Shown here: positions 23,023-35,048 of the stretch, piece by piece
Layout: every line of letters begins with the position of its first letter
Numbering within the stretch: the stretch's first letter is position 1
Source of the DNA: Cyanophora paradoxa CCMP329
Lineage: Eukaryota > Plantae > Glaucophyta
Reading direction: 5' to 3'
Length of the DNA: 64,000 bases
Assembly: GCA_004431415.1 (NCBI GenBank)
Contig: QPMI01000527.1
Coordinates: 62,001-126,000 of the forward strand
Position numbers and translations under genes: made by a program
Notes under the pieces: generated by a model
The model's database searches: none
Seen by the model: only the letters and a program-made list of their open reading frames with translations
What the model was told of the DNA's origin: nothing

Positions 23023-25484
23023 ATGCCGGAGGGGGGGCCCGGAGACGCCAGCAGCGTCAGCTCGGCCTGCTCATGGTTGGTGCAATTGTGAAGATCGCTT
23101 CAGGTCGGGCTGACGGGGGTGCCCCTTCGCCGCAGGCTTAGCGTATCCTTCACCGTGTTGCAGAAGGGTGCTAAGCACGCGGCCGTCGCTGGTAGTTGGG
23201 ATGGCTGGGCGCGGCATGTGAACTTGAGCGCAGCAGGTGACATGTTCACGACGGTGAGTGGTTGGCTGGTCCAAAGGTCTACATAGACGCCTTTCTAGCT
23301 TATGAGCAGTCGTACGCAGCGCTCCGCGCCACGCAAGCGCCGGGGCAGCCAAGTCGTTCTTAGCGCCGCTAGCGGGTTCCCGGGACACCCCCGCGTCACC
23401 TCTGTGCGTCTTCCATCTCTCTTACATGCGAATGCGCAGGAAATCCCTCTCAAGCCGGGTGCGATGCGGCCAACTGGCGCTCTTGCGTCATTTGATCCCT
23501 TGCCGAGCGCCCTCTGGCCTGGCCCCTTTGCGTCTAACTTGGACCTTAGGCACGTATTCTTTCAAGTACATCATCGACGGGGAGTGGAAGGTGGACACTG
23601 CGCGGCCCACGCAGACCGACGCCGGTGAGTCTCGACTCGCGACATCGCCGCCTCCGCGCCTCGCCGCCGATCACAGTCCTCAGCGGGCAACTTGAACAAC
23701 ATCGTCGTCGTCGACCAGACCTGCACGTGCTTCTGCAATGAGGCCGGCGATGGGCGCGCAACGCCCCGCGACTCGAAACGGCCTCCGGTACCTCGTCGGA
23801 GGTCACTTCGCGTCGGCGTCGCCGTGAGCCAGAGGAAGTGCCAGGGCGCGAAGATTTCGGAGGACGTGAGGCGGCGCTGCACGCGGATGCACCGCCGGGT
23901 GCGCCCCGCCCTCCAGATCCGAGTCTGGCGAGCCCGCAGCTGACCTGCGCCCTCTCCTCTGTCCAGATCGCCCTCACGCCCTTCGAAGTGACCGTCTGCA
24001 GCGCTCGCGACGTCGCGCCTGCGGCCGGGTGCGCCGCGGCTTCCGGCCTCCGCCCTTTCCTTCCGGCGCTGACGCGTGCGCCGCGCAGGAGCGCGCTCTG
24101 CGAGCTCGGGGCGCTGGCGCTGGAGCTCGAGAACAGCGAGCCGTCGGCGCCGCCGGAGGAAGGGGAAGAGGAGGCCTCTCCGGAGCAGCAGCAGCGACGG
24201 ATCCGGAGCGTGACTCCGGAGCGGTCCGGGTCCGAGAGCGCCGTAGCGCAGCCGCCCAACTCGCCGCGCTCGGTCCCCGCCAGCCCTGTGCACCGCCGGC
24301 GACTCACTTGGTACGACCCCGCCGAGGTGCGCGGCTCTCGTTTGCCGTACCCCGGACCCGAGCCGAACGTACCCCTGGGACCGACCCTCGCGGCAGCTTC
24401 CGTACCTCATCCGCCAGCGGCTCGGGGCGTGCCACCCGAACGCTCTGTTCGATCCGAACGACCGGCACGATCACATCCAGGTGACCGTTCCTCTCTCTCT
24501 CTCGCTGCCCTTCCGGACTTAGCGCCTCGCCGACCAGGTGACGCACGCGGGCTACTGCGCGACGAAGGCGCACCCGCTGAGCCTCTACCGCTCGGCGCGC
24601 TGCCGCGGCTCCATCCCGCTGGGTACCCCCGTCTACTTCGAGATGGAACTAGTCGAGCAGGTGAACTGGTCGCCCGCCCTCATGCCCCCCTACCCCCTCC
24701 TCTGACGCCCGGCCGTAGCCTCAGCCCGGCGGCTTCTGCGTCGGCCTCTCGAGCCCCGAGTTCCCCCTCTCGGCGCTGTGCGGGGCGCGCCCCGGGAGCG
24801 TGGGCCTCTACTCCACGGGAGACTTCATCTCCGGCTCCCGCTGGCGCAAGCACGGGCGCCCGTTCGGCGTGGGCGACGTGGTCGGCCTCCTCGTCACGCT
24901 GGCCCCGGCCGTAGGCGGCGACGGTGCCTTCTTTTTTGTACCCCTCGCGCGCCCCTGCCTGTCGAACGACGGGACCTAACGCCGGGCCGGCCGGCGCAGG
25001 GGCGTCCCTGGCTCACATTTCCTACTTCCTGAACGGAGAGCCGCTGGGGGTACCGGACACGGGCGGCCCGGTCGCGTTCAGCGGCCCCGTGCGCCCGACC
25101 CTCACGCTCTACAGCCGCGGGCAGCGGGCCCGCGTGCTCGCCGGGGCCGCCGAGATCGCGTACCCCTCCGAGGCGCTCCGGCTCGTGGCGCCCAACGCCG
25201 TCGCGGCGGACGGGCGGCCGATCTTCTCGGCGGGCGTACCCCGCGCCCTCTCCGAGTTCGAGCTGGAGCTCAGCGACGAGGAGCGGGACCGCTGCCGCTG
25301 CGCCGCGCCCGTCCACAAGCGGCGCCTGAGTGAGACCGGCGCGGTCGGCTGCGGCGCCTCGGGCGACGCCGACCGCGCCTACGACCGCGCCTGCGCCCTC
25401 TCCGCCGCCCCTACCCCCCTCTTCTACCCCCAGTCCACGCCCCCGTCGGTCGCTACGGCCGGGCAGCTCGCGTGCAGCCTCTAG
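23023..25484 (+). CDS. AMPK-beta-type glycogen-binding CBM48 domain + C-terminal SPRY domain protein
   Basis: CBM: VSFTV...AVAGSWDGW...EIPLKPG|TYSFKYIIDGEWKVD...GNLNNIVVV. SPRY: YFEMEL...FCVGLS...GSVGLYSTGD...HGRPFGVGDVVGLLV...ISYFLNGEPLG...VRPTLTLYS. Confidence 0.8.
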
Positions 25485-26029
25485 GTTTTGGCTGAGCGCC
25501 GGCAGCCGGATCTCTCTCAGAGTCTACCCCCAGACCTCTCCTCCTTTTTTTTAAGCGGGCCATTTTCCTCGTCGCGCCCACCTATGACGATTCTTGTTTT
25601 TCCCTTCATGCCCTGTCTTCTTTTTTTGCAGTCCGCCCTCGCCGCGTCCGGAGGGCGTGTACCATAGCTTATCAAATTGCAAACATCCATTACACAGTGG
25701 TACTAGCTTAGTTACGCTAGCGCTCTCTTAGTATGGTACTAGTTAAGCTTGTTTGGAATCTGGAAGCTGTTATCTAATCCATGTGCGTATGCGTATACTA
25801 AGCTCCTGCGAAATCCCGAAATCCCGAAGCGCGGGCTGCAGTTCTAGGACTAGCTATAGCTGTAGGATGCTCTTCGAGGCCGCAGCCGCGGAGCCGCGCC
25901 GGTCCGCCTGCAGCGGCCGGCTCCGCCCGCGGGCTGGCTGGGCCTGGGCGCCTGCGCTTCGAATTCCGCGGCGCGCGTCTCCGTCCTAGCCTCGGAGCGT
26001 GGGCCGATGCGGCGTCGCGGGGCGTGCGC

Positions 26030-26285
26030 GCCGCCCGCGGGCTGGGCCCCGGCGGCGGCGCCGCGTCTCCGGATCCGGCCTTGCCGCCGCGGGGCGCGGG
26101 TGCCGTCGCCGCGCCGCCGCCGCGGGGCGTACCGGCAAAGGTGGAGGCGTCGGGCGAGAGCAGGGCGGACCCCTGGTGCCGCATCCCCCGCGCCTGCGCA
26201 TGCCCAGAACCTGGGATCATATCGAATCAGAAAGAACCGGATTAGATCAGAACCAGATTAGATCCGACCGGATCGGCGGAGCGGA
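26030..26285 (-). pseudogene. Inverted relic copy of the last intron/exon of the HEAT-repeat gene
   Basis: ARGMRHQGSALLSPDASTFAGTPRGGG...GGKAG..DAAPPPGPSPRAA matches 50996-51180. The upstream intron (ccgatccggtcggatc.aatctg) is also shared. Confidence 0.85.
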
Positions 26286-27235
26286 GCGGCGCACGCGCAG
26301 GGCGGGGCGCACTGCGGCACGTGCGGTGCGACCGCCCCTCGAGCTCGGGATTCTCGCGGGCGCTGGTGCGCATGCAGTGCACGTGAACATCGATATCTAG
26401 ATCTGGGGGAGCGGTGAACATCAGGGGCGGACTCCGGGAGGAGCGCTAGCGGGCGGGGGGGCGGTTAACGTTCAACGGTTGATGGACGTACCCAGATCCA
26501 GACGGGGAGCACGTCGGACTCGTAGGCCCTGAGGAGTTCACTGCTGGGCGAGCAAGGGCGCTTGGGGCGCGCCGCCGCGGGCGCGCGCGGTCATGCATGT
26601 CGTGATCGGGGAGCGGACGCCGGCGCTAGGTGAATGCGCGATGGGAGGATGCCCGACGATGCGCGGAGGAGGATGCGGGTCAGAGGTCGGGGGGTGCGCG
26701 GAGGAGGATGCGGGGACTACTGTAAGGCACTTGCTCAGCGGCTTGGAGCGGAGCGCGGCTCAGGGCTTAGGAGTCAGGACCATTGTCAGGTCGCTCATGG
26801 GGTACAGGTCGCGATTGTTCGTGGTCGACCTTCCGCCATCGAGCCGACACTGGCCTGCCAGCCACTCCGACGGCCCGCGAATCCGACATCTACAGCCAAT
26901 TCTGCCTTCGAATCCAACCCAATCTGCGCCTGATCGAGCAAGCGAACTCTCGCTTCGGTGCGCTTGTCATTCCCAGGGCTGCCGACGTGCATAACGCAGT
27001 CTCAACGCATACAGGAATCGAAAAAGTGCGCGAGGCCGCGGCCCTAGACCGCAGCGGCCGCCGCAGCCGCCGCAGCCGGCGCGTCGCCGAGACCATTCCG
27101 ACCATTCCGCGCCGCAGCCGCGACTACGTGCGTGTTTATGTACAAGAGCTATATAACTAGTTCGATACGTGTGATTCCCTGCGGGCCGCGCCGCATGCTG
27201 ACACTGCCCGCGCCGGCACTGGGGATCCGATAGCG

Positions 27236-30200
27236 ATGAGTGCAGCCGAAACCGCTCGGCCTCCGCGGAAATCGGCACGTAAGGCGTCTTCCGCGGCGCC
27301 GGCGAACCTAAGCGACGAGGCGGCAAACGGGGGCGCCGGCGTCACTAACAACGACGAAGTTCTGCACGATTTGAACCACACCAACAACTACAGGCGACGC
27401 TACGATCTTCTGCTGAAGTACCTCGCCGACGGGGCAGAGCCCGCAAACTTGCAGTCCGTGGCAAAGTTTCTGAATCCCGGGCCCATGGCCACTCCGATCT
27501 CCGCATCCAAGCTCAAGGAGGGTCTCCCCAAGCGATCCGACTTTCTTAAAGATCTCCACACGCAAGGGCTTCTTGGCGGGCTCTTTGAGTCTCTCATCGC
27601 CGCCACTGAGCGGGCTTCCCTGCCCGGGAAACCCTCGTCCATCGATCACTCCGACGCCTTTTTCACTTCCGTGCGACCGTACCCCTACATCTCGCACTTC
27701 GCCATGCTCTTCGCTCATGCATATGATCATAATCATTCATCGCTTCAGGCACTGTTCGTGATGAGCCACATCGTACGCATAGCATCGCATCCCCACCCAC
27801 CGCCCAACATTTCTGCCGATGTGCGACCCCTCTCTCTTTGCGCCTGTACCCATATGATGTGCTCAGCCTCTGCTCGCGATCGCTGCAGGCGAAGCGGGCG
27901 GCCGCAGTGTTCATCCGACTGATTGATGCTGCGCCTAACGAAGCTGCACCCGACAACGAGAACGAGGCGAGCCATTCCTGGGTTTTGAAGCTTTCAAATT
28001 GATAACCTATGATCGTGGGCACAGATTCTGGTCACGGGCTGCGGACTTTTTCTTGAACTTTTCACGACGGGTGCCATCCAGGACGAGGCCTTCGATGAGA
28101 TTCTCGGTACCCCCCTCGTGCACCACATCTGCCGATCGATGGGTCAGATTCCAGGGTTAGTCCATTTTCTTTTCGCATGGGGGGGGATAGGGGGCCGGGG
28201 GGGGGGGGCTTAGGGGGGTATTCAAGGAGAGCGGGAAACAGCTGAAAAAAGCGGGAAACAAGCTGCGGGATTGAGGGGCTAGAAGGATCGAGGGCAGCTT
28301 AAACAGGGGGGTAGAGGGTTGGGAGGGGGGGCGGGGTTGGGAGGGGGGGGGGGGCTCGGGATTAAGGCCTAGGGGGAGCAGGCAGCGCTAGCTATATATT
28401 ATAGGCCTAGGTTCGATGCATATGCCCCCCTGTCTTTTCTCTGACATTGGCCTCGATTCGCAGCGACGATGATGAATCATCCATCGCGCTGGCATGCGTT
28501 CGCCGGGAGTGGGCCATGGGCGCACTCGCTAACATGGCCGACACGGAGCAGCGCGCAAAGGCGCGTGCACGCGCGTCCCAGCGTGCTGCCTCGTTTTTCG
28601 GCTGACTGGAAGAGCAGAGGATGCTCCAGAAGCTTCCCGGCCTGCTACAAGCGGCCGCACAGGCTCTCCATCGGGCGGAGCCTGATGGGGACATCACGAT
28701 TCTCAGTGCCCGTGGGGTGTCCGGAATGGCGCAGCGCCAGCGGGGGCGTGCAGACGAGATACGCGCTGCTGCCCTTCTGGCCGCCAATCTCGTCGAAGAC
28801 TTGGTTTTTTTTCCGAGTTCGATATCAATTTTCTATAATGTTGACTGCCAGAACAGGATGCAGCGCGGGCCGCAGCGGACGTACTTGCCCCTCAAGCCAA
28901 CGAGTGCCTTTCTGCAGCCAAGTATGAACTCATGAAGAAGGTTCGAATTCAAGAAAGTGCTAAAAAGATCATTGAACTCGATTCGTCTGATCGAGAGATG
29001 CCTTCAGATTTCCCTGCGTGAATCCGAGTACGAGTCTACGGCGGCTGCGGTCCGCGCTAATCCTCTCTTGCCGTGCACTTTTCCGTGCCAATTCATCTTT
29101 ACCGCAGGCGCTGCGGGTTCTGGCTGGCTTGGCCCGCCTCGAGCCGAGGCCGGCCGTGGTGGACAGTGCCAAGCAGACGGTACAGCCCATTAATATGAAC
29201 ACCAGCCTGATTGACCTCCTCATCACCGTCTCGTTTTCCATCAGATCCGTGATTTCACAAAGGCTCGTCTAGATCTGCGCATGTCGGACGCGAAAAGCAC
29301 CGATCTCATCGCCGCTTTGCTCGCCGCCCTTCTCGCTTTCGGAGAGTACGACAGCTTGAACTCTGATCAGGTTTGCGGCTTCTTCATCACGCGGGCTCGG
29401 CCCGCGCGCCAGCCCTAGGCCTGCTGACCGTGACGTCACGTGCGCAGGTTACGAGCATCCTCCGGAAGCTGAAACGCCACCTGACACCTGCGGCTGACGC
29501 TGACACAGCCAATGCGCTTCTGTGCGTAGAATTATAGTCATGAGAATCGCAGCACCGCGCTGATAAAATATTTGTCCGCGCCAGATACACCGCCAAGCTC
29601 GTCCTCAACGGTACCAGCCCGGATCGAGATTATCTAATGGAGCTTAACAAGTGCGGCATCCCTTGAATTGCCAGGTCGCCCACCTGCAAGTTTGACCGCG
29701 TGCTCCACCCTTCCCAGAGCTCTTCAGGACGCCGAAGTAGCGCTTATTATCGAAGCGGCGGCGGCGGACCTTGGAAGGAACGACTTGCTCGCCCAAGGTG
29801 AGGCTTGGAAGGTTCTTGCGTCGAACCGTGCCAGCTCTGAAGCCTTTCCTCGCAGCTGCGCGGGCGGTGAACGCGGCCAAGTTGCAGGCGGCGCCCCTCG
29901 CGGCCGCCCAGGCGCTAGCGCCGCCCATGCCCCCCGTGGCTGCCGTCCCAGAGCCACCCGCGCCCCCTGCGAAGGCCGCCCCAGCGCCGCCCGCGCCCCC
30001 TGCGGCTGCCGTCGGCGCACGAGCGCCGCTCGCGCCTCCGGATCCTGCGGCGGCCGCCCCAGCGCCGGCCCTGCCCCCGGAGGCCGCTGCACCAGCGCCG
30101 TCCCCGCCGCCCATCAAGCAAGAGAAGCACGAGGCGTCTTCCGCATCGGCGCCGACCAATCCCGCAGCTGCAGCCGCGCACGCCGCGCCCGCTCCGCCGT

Positions 30201-31865
30201 CAGCATCCGAGGCCCCGTTGGCGCCTGCAGGCGGAGCGCCCGCGCCTCGTGATCGTGATCAGGCGGAACTTCTTCCACCGGTACCGCCCGTCGCGATCAA
30301 GATCAAGAAAGAGCAGCAGGCGCCGTCGCTGCGATCGCCATCCGAGCCGATCGTCATCGATATCGACGACGAAGAGGAGGAGGGCGGGCCGGCCCTCGCG
30401 CGCACAGGCCCGGCAAGGTCGCCTTCTCCGGCATCGGGCGCTCCATTGCCACCTGAGGCGACGGCCAGCCCTTTCGCGTCCTCCTCTTCGATTTCTGTCG
30501 GAGTGGCCGCTGGCCCGTCGGCAGCGTCAGCTGCAGCTGGCCACGGCAAGCGCCCTCACCCCAGCGAGAAGGACGCGACCGACATTGGAGAGGCTGCGAA
30601 AAGGGTGCGCGCGCGCGCACCGCTGCAGCTGTGTCCCTTTTTTCGGTTGCTTTGAATTAATGACTTCGATTTGTGCTCATGATCATGATCAGGCTCGGCC
30701 TTCGCAAACGTCAGCTACTGCTGGCTCGGCATCCAGCTCGGCTGCGGGTACAGCGGCCGCTGCACCCTCGAGCTCGAGCTCGGCCGCCGTCGACGTCGGG
30801 GCCGTGCGCATGCCCGAGGCCGGCTCAAGCTCGGGCGCATCGACGCGTGCGGTCGATGGCCAGCGAGCTGCGGTCCCCGACCTGCCGCCCCTGATTCTGG
30901 AGCTTGGTCTTCCGATCGAAACCGAGCCCTCCCGCCATCTTGTACGTTTGCGTCTTTGACTTGGTCTGCCCATTGCCAAAACTCAAATCGTAAACCGAAT
31001 TCTCTGCAGCTCACAAACTGGACCGTCGGGGAGCTGAACGGGCATTTCCTTGAATTTTGCCGAGTCATCTTCTACGAGAGGTGCACTCAAAATTCTAGCA
31101 GATTCGAATGCGTCTTGCGATCGCGATCGGCGCCTGGACCGGGGGGAGAGTACTGATCGTCATTGTCCTCTCAGGAGCGATGTGGAGAAGCTGGGGAATC
31201 TACAGTTGAACGGACTCAAGCTGGTCAAGATGGCGCACAAAGCGTGCAGCCAGGAAAGGAGCATGCGCGACCTGTTTCTTACTGGGGAACGCTTCTCCGA
31301 GGTCCTTAATATTATGATTATATATAATCCCTTCTTCTTCAATCGCCTTTCACTGAACTCGAATCCCATTTGAAGGCGGCGGCTGAGCCATTGGGGTACA
31401 TGACCGCCCACCTTGTTAACGACTTCTTTAACGAGGCAAGTTGGTCACAGTATTTGTTATAGGATTAAACACTCGAAATCGCTATCTAACAGCGCTCTCC
31501 CGGCCCCCAGCAATTGAAAACCGGCATGCGGAGCACAATCGTCACAGCTGCCAAGGCGGAGTTGTTCCGCAAGCTAAACGACCTCGACGTTTAGATCTCG
31601 ATCTACTTCGAAACTGGGACGCCCGCCCGTGGGCCCCCCGCCAGGCGCCTGCCAGATCTGTTACAGATTTGTAGGAGAGGTATTCGCAGATCGATGTTTA
31701 CAGTTCAAGGTTGTTTGTGCAGACCAAATGTCCCCCGTCTTCTCTTGGTTGATTACCAAGTTCTGTCAGTCCCACGAGCTCGAGCGCATATGCATGCCGC
31801 AGTGCTTGCGCATCGTCTCCGGGGCTAGCGCTACTTGCAATTGTACTATTTTGCAGCCGCACTGA
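27236..31865 (+). CDS. Multi-exon hypothetical protein: helical N-terminal half, Pro/Ala-rich linker, SAM-like domain near the C-terminus; 3' end uncertain
   Basis: Long first exon (MSAAETARPPRK...), regular short introns, a 294-aa Pro/Ala ORF, and a SAM-like pattern LTNWTVGELNGHFL...EKLGNLQLNGLKLVKM. Confidence 0.55.
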
Positions 31866-32182
31866 TTGTCGACTAAACCAGTGCGAGCGATATCGACGCC
31901 TGATTCGGGCGCGGCCGTCCCGGGCATCAGTCGGCGTCGGAGAAATCGCCGGGATCGGAGGCAGGAGGCGTGGGGATGGTTGGGTACGCTTTGGAAGGCG
32001 GCGCTCAGGAAGCGAAGGGAAGGGGAAGGGGGGGGGGAAGGGAGGGGGGGGAAGGGAGGGAGGGGGGGGGGGGACTCCTCGGGTGACGCGGCGGCGTTTG
32101 CGTCGCGCCCCGCGTAACCCCGTGGAGCTGACGGGGGCGGGGACCGCCGCTCCGGGGGGTATATGGCAGCGGGACCGGCCGG

Positions 32183-34796
32183 CTAAGGCGCCGGCTGGGA
32201 TGGAGCGCCGCCGCCTGGCAGGGGCAGGGGCGGGGGGAGCGGTACGGGGCTCTCGACGGCCAGCGGGGACGGCGCTAGGAAGCCGCCGCCGATCGGGGTC
32301 CCGGCGGTCGCGCTGCTGCTGCTGCTGCTGCTGCCGCCGCCTCCGCCGCTGCCGTCTGGTCCCAGGGGGGTAAAGGGGAGGGGGCTGGCGACGAGCGGCG
32401 TGTGGGGTATTGGAACCGCAAGGTTCGCGGGGGGCGCGGCAGGGCCCGGAGCGAGGTGGAGGGGGCCGGCGGTCGCGGCGGATGCACTGCCGCTGCTGCT
32501 GCTGCTGCGGCCGCTGTCGCCTGGTCCATGGGCCGTCAAGGGGGGGGGCGAGGGGTCGAGGGCGAGGGGCCTGAGAGGTTCGGAAGCGGCGAGGGGGGCC
32601 GGGGACGTGGAGGATCCGGCGGCGGCGGCGGCGGCGGCGGGGCCGGCGCCGGCTGCGGCTGCTGCCGCCTTCTTGGCGTTTCCGGTACCCTTGACGCGGC
32701 CGCGGCGGGAGCCGGTCGGCATCGGCGCCGACATCGTGTACCCGTGCCGCACGTTCAGGGCCCCCGGCTGCGGACGAATGCGCCTCAGCCGACGGACGGG
32801 TGAGGGCAGGCAAAGGGGGGTACCTGGATGGGCCGGGGTACGACGGCGGGGCCTCGCTGCCCCCCCGGTACCAGAGGCACCTGCTGCACCCCGAAGGGGA
32901 AGGGGTACACTATCGGGACTCCCTGCCCGACGGGTACGCCGCCCTGCATGTACGAGACCGGCACAAGCGGGGCGGCCGCCATCCCCGGCAGCGGCGGGGG
33001 GGGGAGACCCTCGGCGTCGCTCCGCCGCCGCTTGCCCGCCTCGCCCGCCCGCGCATTCTCCCCCAGGGGCTTCGGAACGCTCGGAACGCCTCTCAGCGCG
33101 GCGGCGGGGCCCATGACTCCGGCCTGAACGAAGAGAAAACACGTCGGCGGAGGTTGGGGGCGGGGAAATGGGCGGAGGGGGGTACCTCGAGCTGCTTTTT
33201 TAGGGATTCGATCTCCGCGTCCTTCTCCGCGAGCCGAAGGAGCGCCTCGGCCTGCACGCTGTACCCCGGCCCCGCGTTCGGCTTGGGCCCCCCCCCCCTG
33301 CTGGGTACGACGGAGGGCACCTCATGAGCATGCCCATCCATCCCCCGGGGTCCATCCCCTCCTCGACCGCCTCCTCGCCCTCCTCGCCGTCGTCCTTCGG
33401 CTGAGGGGGGCGTCTCATTCAAGAGCCGCGGCGGATCCGCAGCGGGCGGATCCGACTACTCGGCCGACTACTCGGCCGACCGCACCGTCTCGCGGTTCGT
33501 GGGCGTGGAGGCGAGCGGGAGGAGCGCGTCGGAGCGGCCCGAGGCGGCGATGTGGGCGACCAAGTCGCCGGCGAAGCGCCGCAGCTCGAACGCGATGAAG
33601 GTCCGAAACGCTGCCGCCCATCAGATCAGATCAGATCAGATCGGATCGGATCAGATCAGATCGGATCAGATCGGGCGGGGCAAGAGAGAGCGGCGGAGCG
33701 CACCGGGGCGGGAGAAGCGGCAGAGGGCGCGGGGGCACGCCATCCAGTGCTCGTGGCTCGCGCATAGGATCCACGTCATCCTCGACTGCGGCGTACCCCC
33801 CCCCCCGCTCGCAAGGGCGGGCCCCGGCGCGGGGGGCTGTGCGCAGCGCGTGCGTACCCCGGCTGCCTCTTCCCCGGTGGCTGAGCTCCGCCGGGAGGTC
33901 GGGCGGATCCAGTACCCCGACCACGACAGCTCTTTTTGGATGATGTGCGGCCTGCGCGTACCCCCCTCGGCCTTCCTCCCCCGGGCCGGGCGGGAGGGGG
34001 CCGGGTCTGGGTACGGGAGCTTCGGGAGCTGGAGCCCGTCCGTGGGGACCGACGCATGCACGACGTAGAATCCCCGATCTCCGTCCGAGAAGCACGCTGC
34101 GAGGGGCGGACGGGACGCACGTCGGCAGGGTGCCGGCCCGCGCTGGAATGCGGCCCGGCGGGGTACTCGCACCCTCGGCGAGGTACAGGCTCACGAGGAT
34201 GAAGCGACCGATACCCTGAAAGACGACCTGGGCGCGCGCCGGCGTCAGCGGCCGGCGCAGAGGGCGGGACGGGGCGGGGCGGCCCCTGCGAGCCTGGTTT
34301 GTGACGCAGTTCTCTCCCGTGTAGTCGCATATGCGCTCGCTGATAAGCTGCGAGGACCAGGACTGCTCGGAGCGCATCAGGCCCGCGCCCAAGCTGGCAA
34401 AGCGAGCGGGCTGGCCGCGCTTCGCGGACCTTCCGCTCGGGAAGGAGGAAGTCCACAACCTCGCGCGGGCTCATCTCCGGAATGTGCGCGACCTCCGTTC
34501 GCACCAGGAAGTTGTCACCGTCGTTCTGCGGTGGAAACACACTTAGCTGCGCGTGAAAAGGGAGCCGCGCCGGCTAATGGAAACAAGCGGGGCCGGCACG
34601 CAGTGACACGAACCTCATCCAGAAAGCTGCTGACGATGTCCTTGTGTTTGTCCGTCCTGTTCAGCCGCCTCCACTCAATCACATCGCCGCCGAGGCAGCT
34701 ATGGAAGGACTTCAAAGCTTCCTCTACGATCGCTGGAGCGGAAGCTTTCGGTCTTGGTTCGACGGACCCGCCGGCCGGGCCGGCCCCCGCCGACAT
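32183..34796 (-). CDS. START/SRPBCC-like lipid-binding domain + short coiled coil + low-complexity tail
   Basis: Spliced: IEWRRL...FLVRTEV...SPREVVDFLL...WSSQLISERI...FYVVHASVPTD...WSGYWIRP...SRMTWIL...FRTFIAFELRRFAGDL, then AEALLRLAEKDAEIESLKKQLE, ending SQPAP* at 32183. Confidence 0.6.
33620..33674. repeat. (ATCAG/ATCGG)n intronic microsatellite
   Basis: Read directly. Confidence 0.9.
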
Positions 34797-35048
34797 GGCC
34801 GGTTAGCGTCTCCGGAAACGCGCCAGTAGCTCGAACGAAAAAAGTGTTCCAGGCGGCGAAAGCCGCTCGTACAGGCGCCAGCTGCTGTCGCGCCGCGGCG
34901 GTGCAACGCAAAGTGCCTCTCGAAATCCCTGGCGCTCAGAGCGCCTGGGCTACGTGCGCATGGTCTATTAGCAGCACTGGCACACCCGGCGGCTGGTACT
35001 GAGGAGGAAAAGGTCAGAGCCCAGACGCATGTTGGCGTACCCCCCTGG

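Noticed and set aside
26340-27200. Gene or transposon between the HEAT relic and the next gene
   Set aside because: No coherent ORF, splice pattern, TIR or TSD could be supported.
33499-34458. QIRSD / DLIRS peptide repeats
   Set aside because: Translation of an intronic (ATCAG)n microsatellite.
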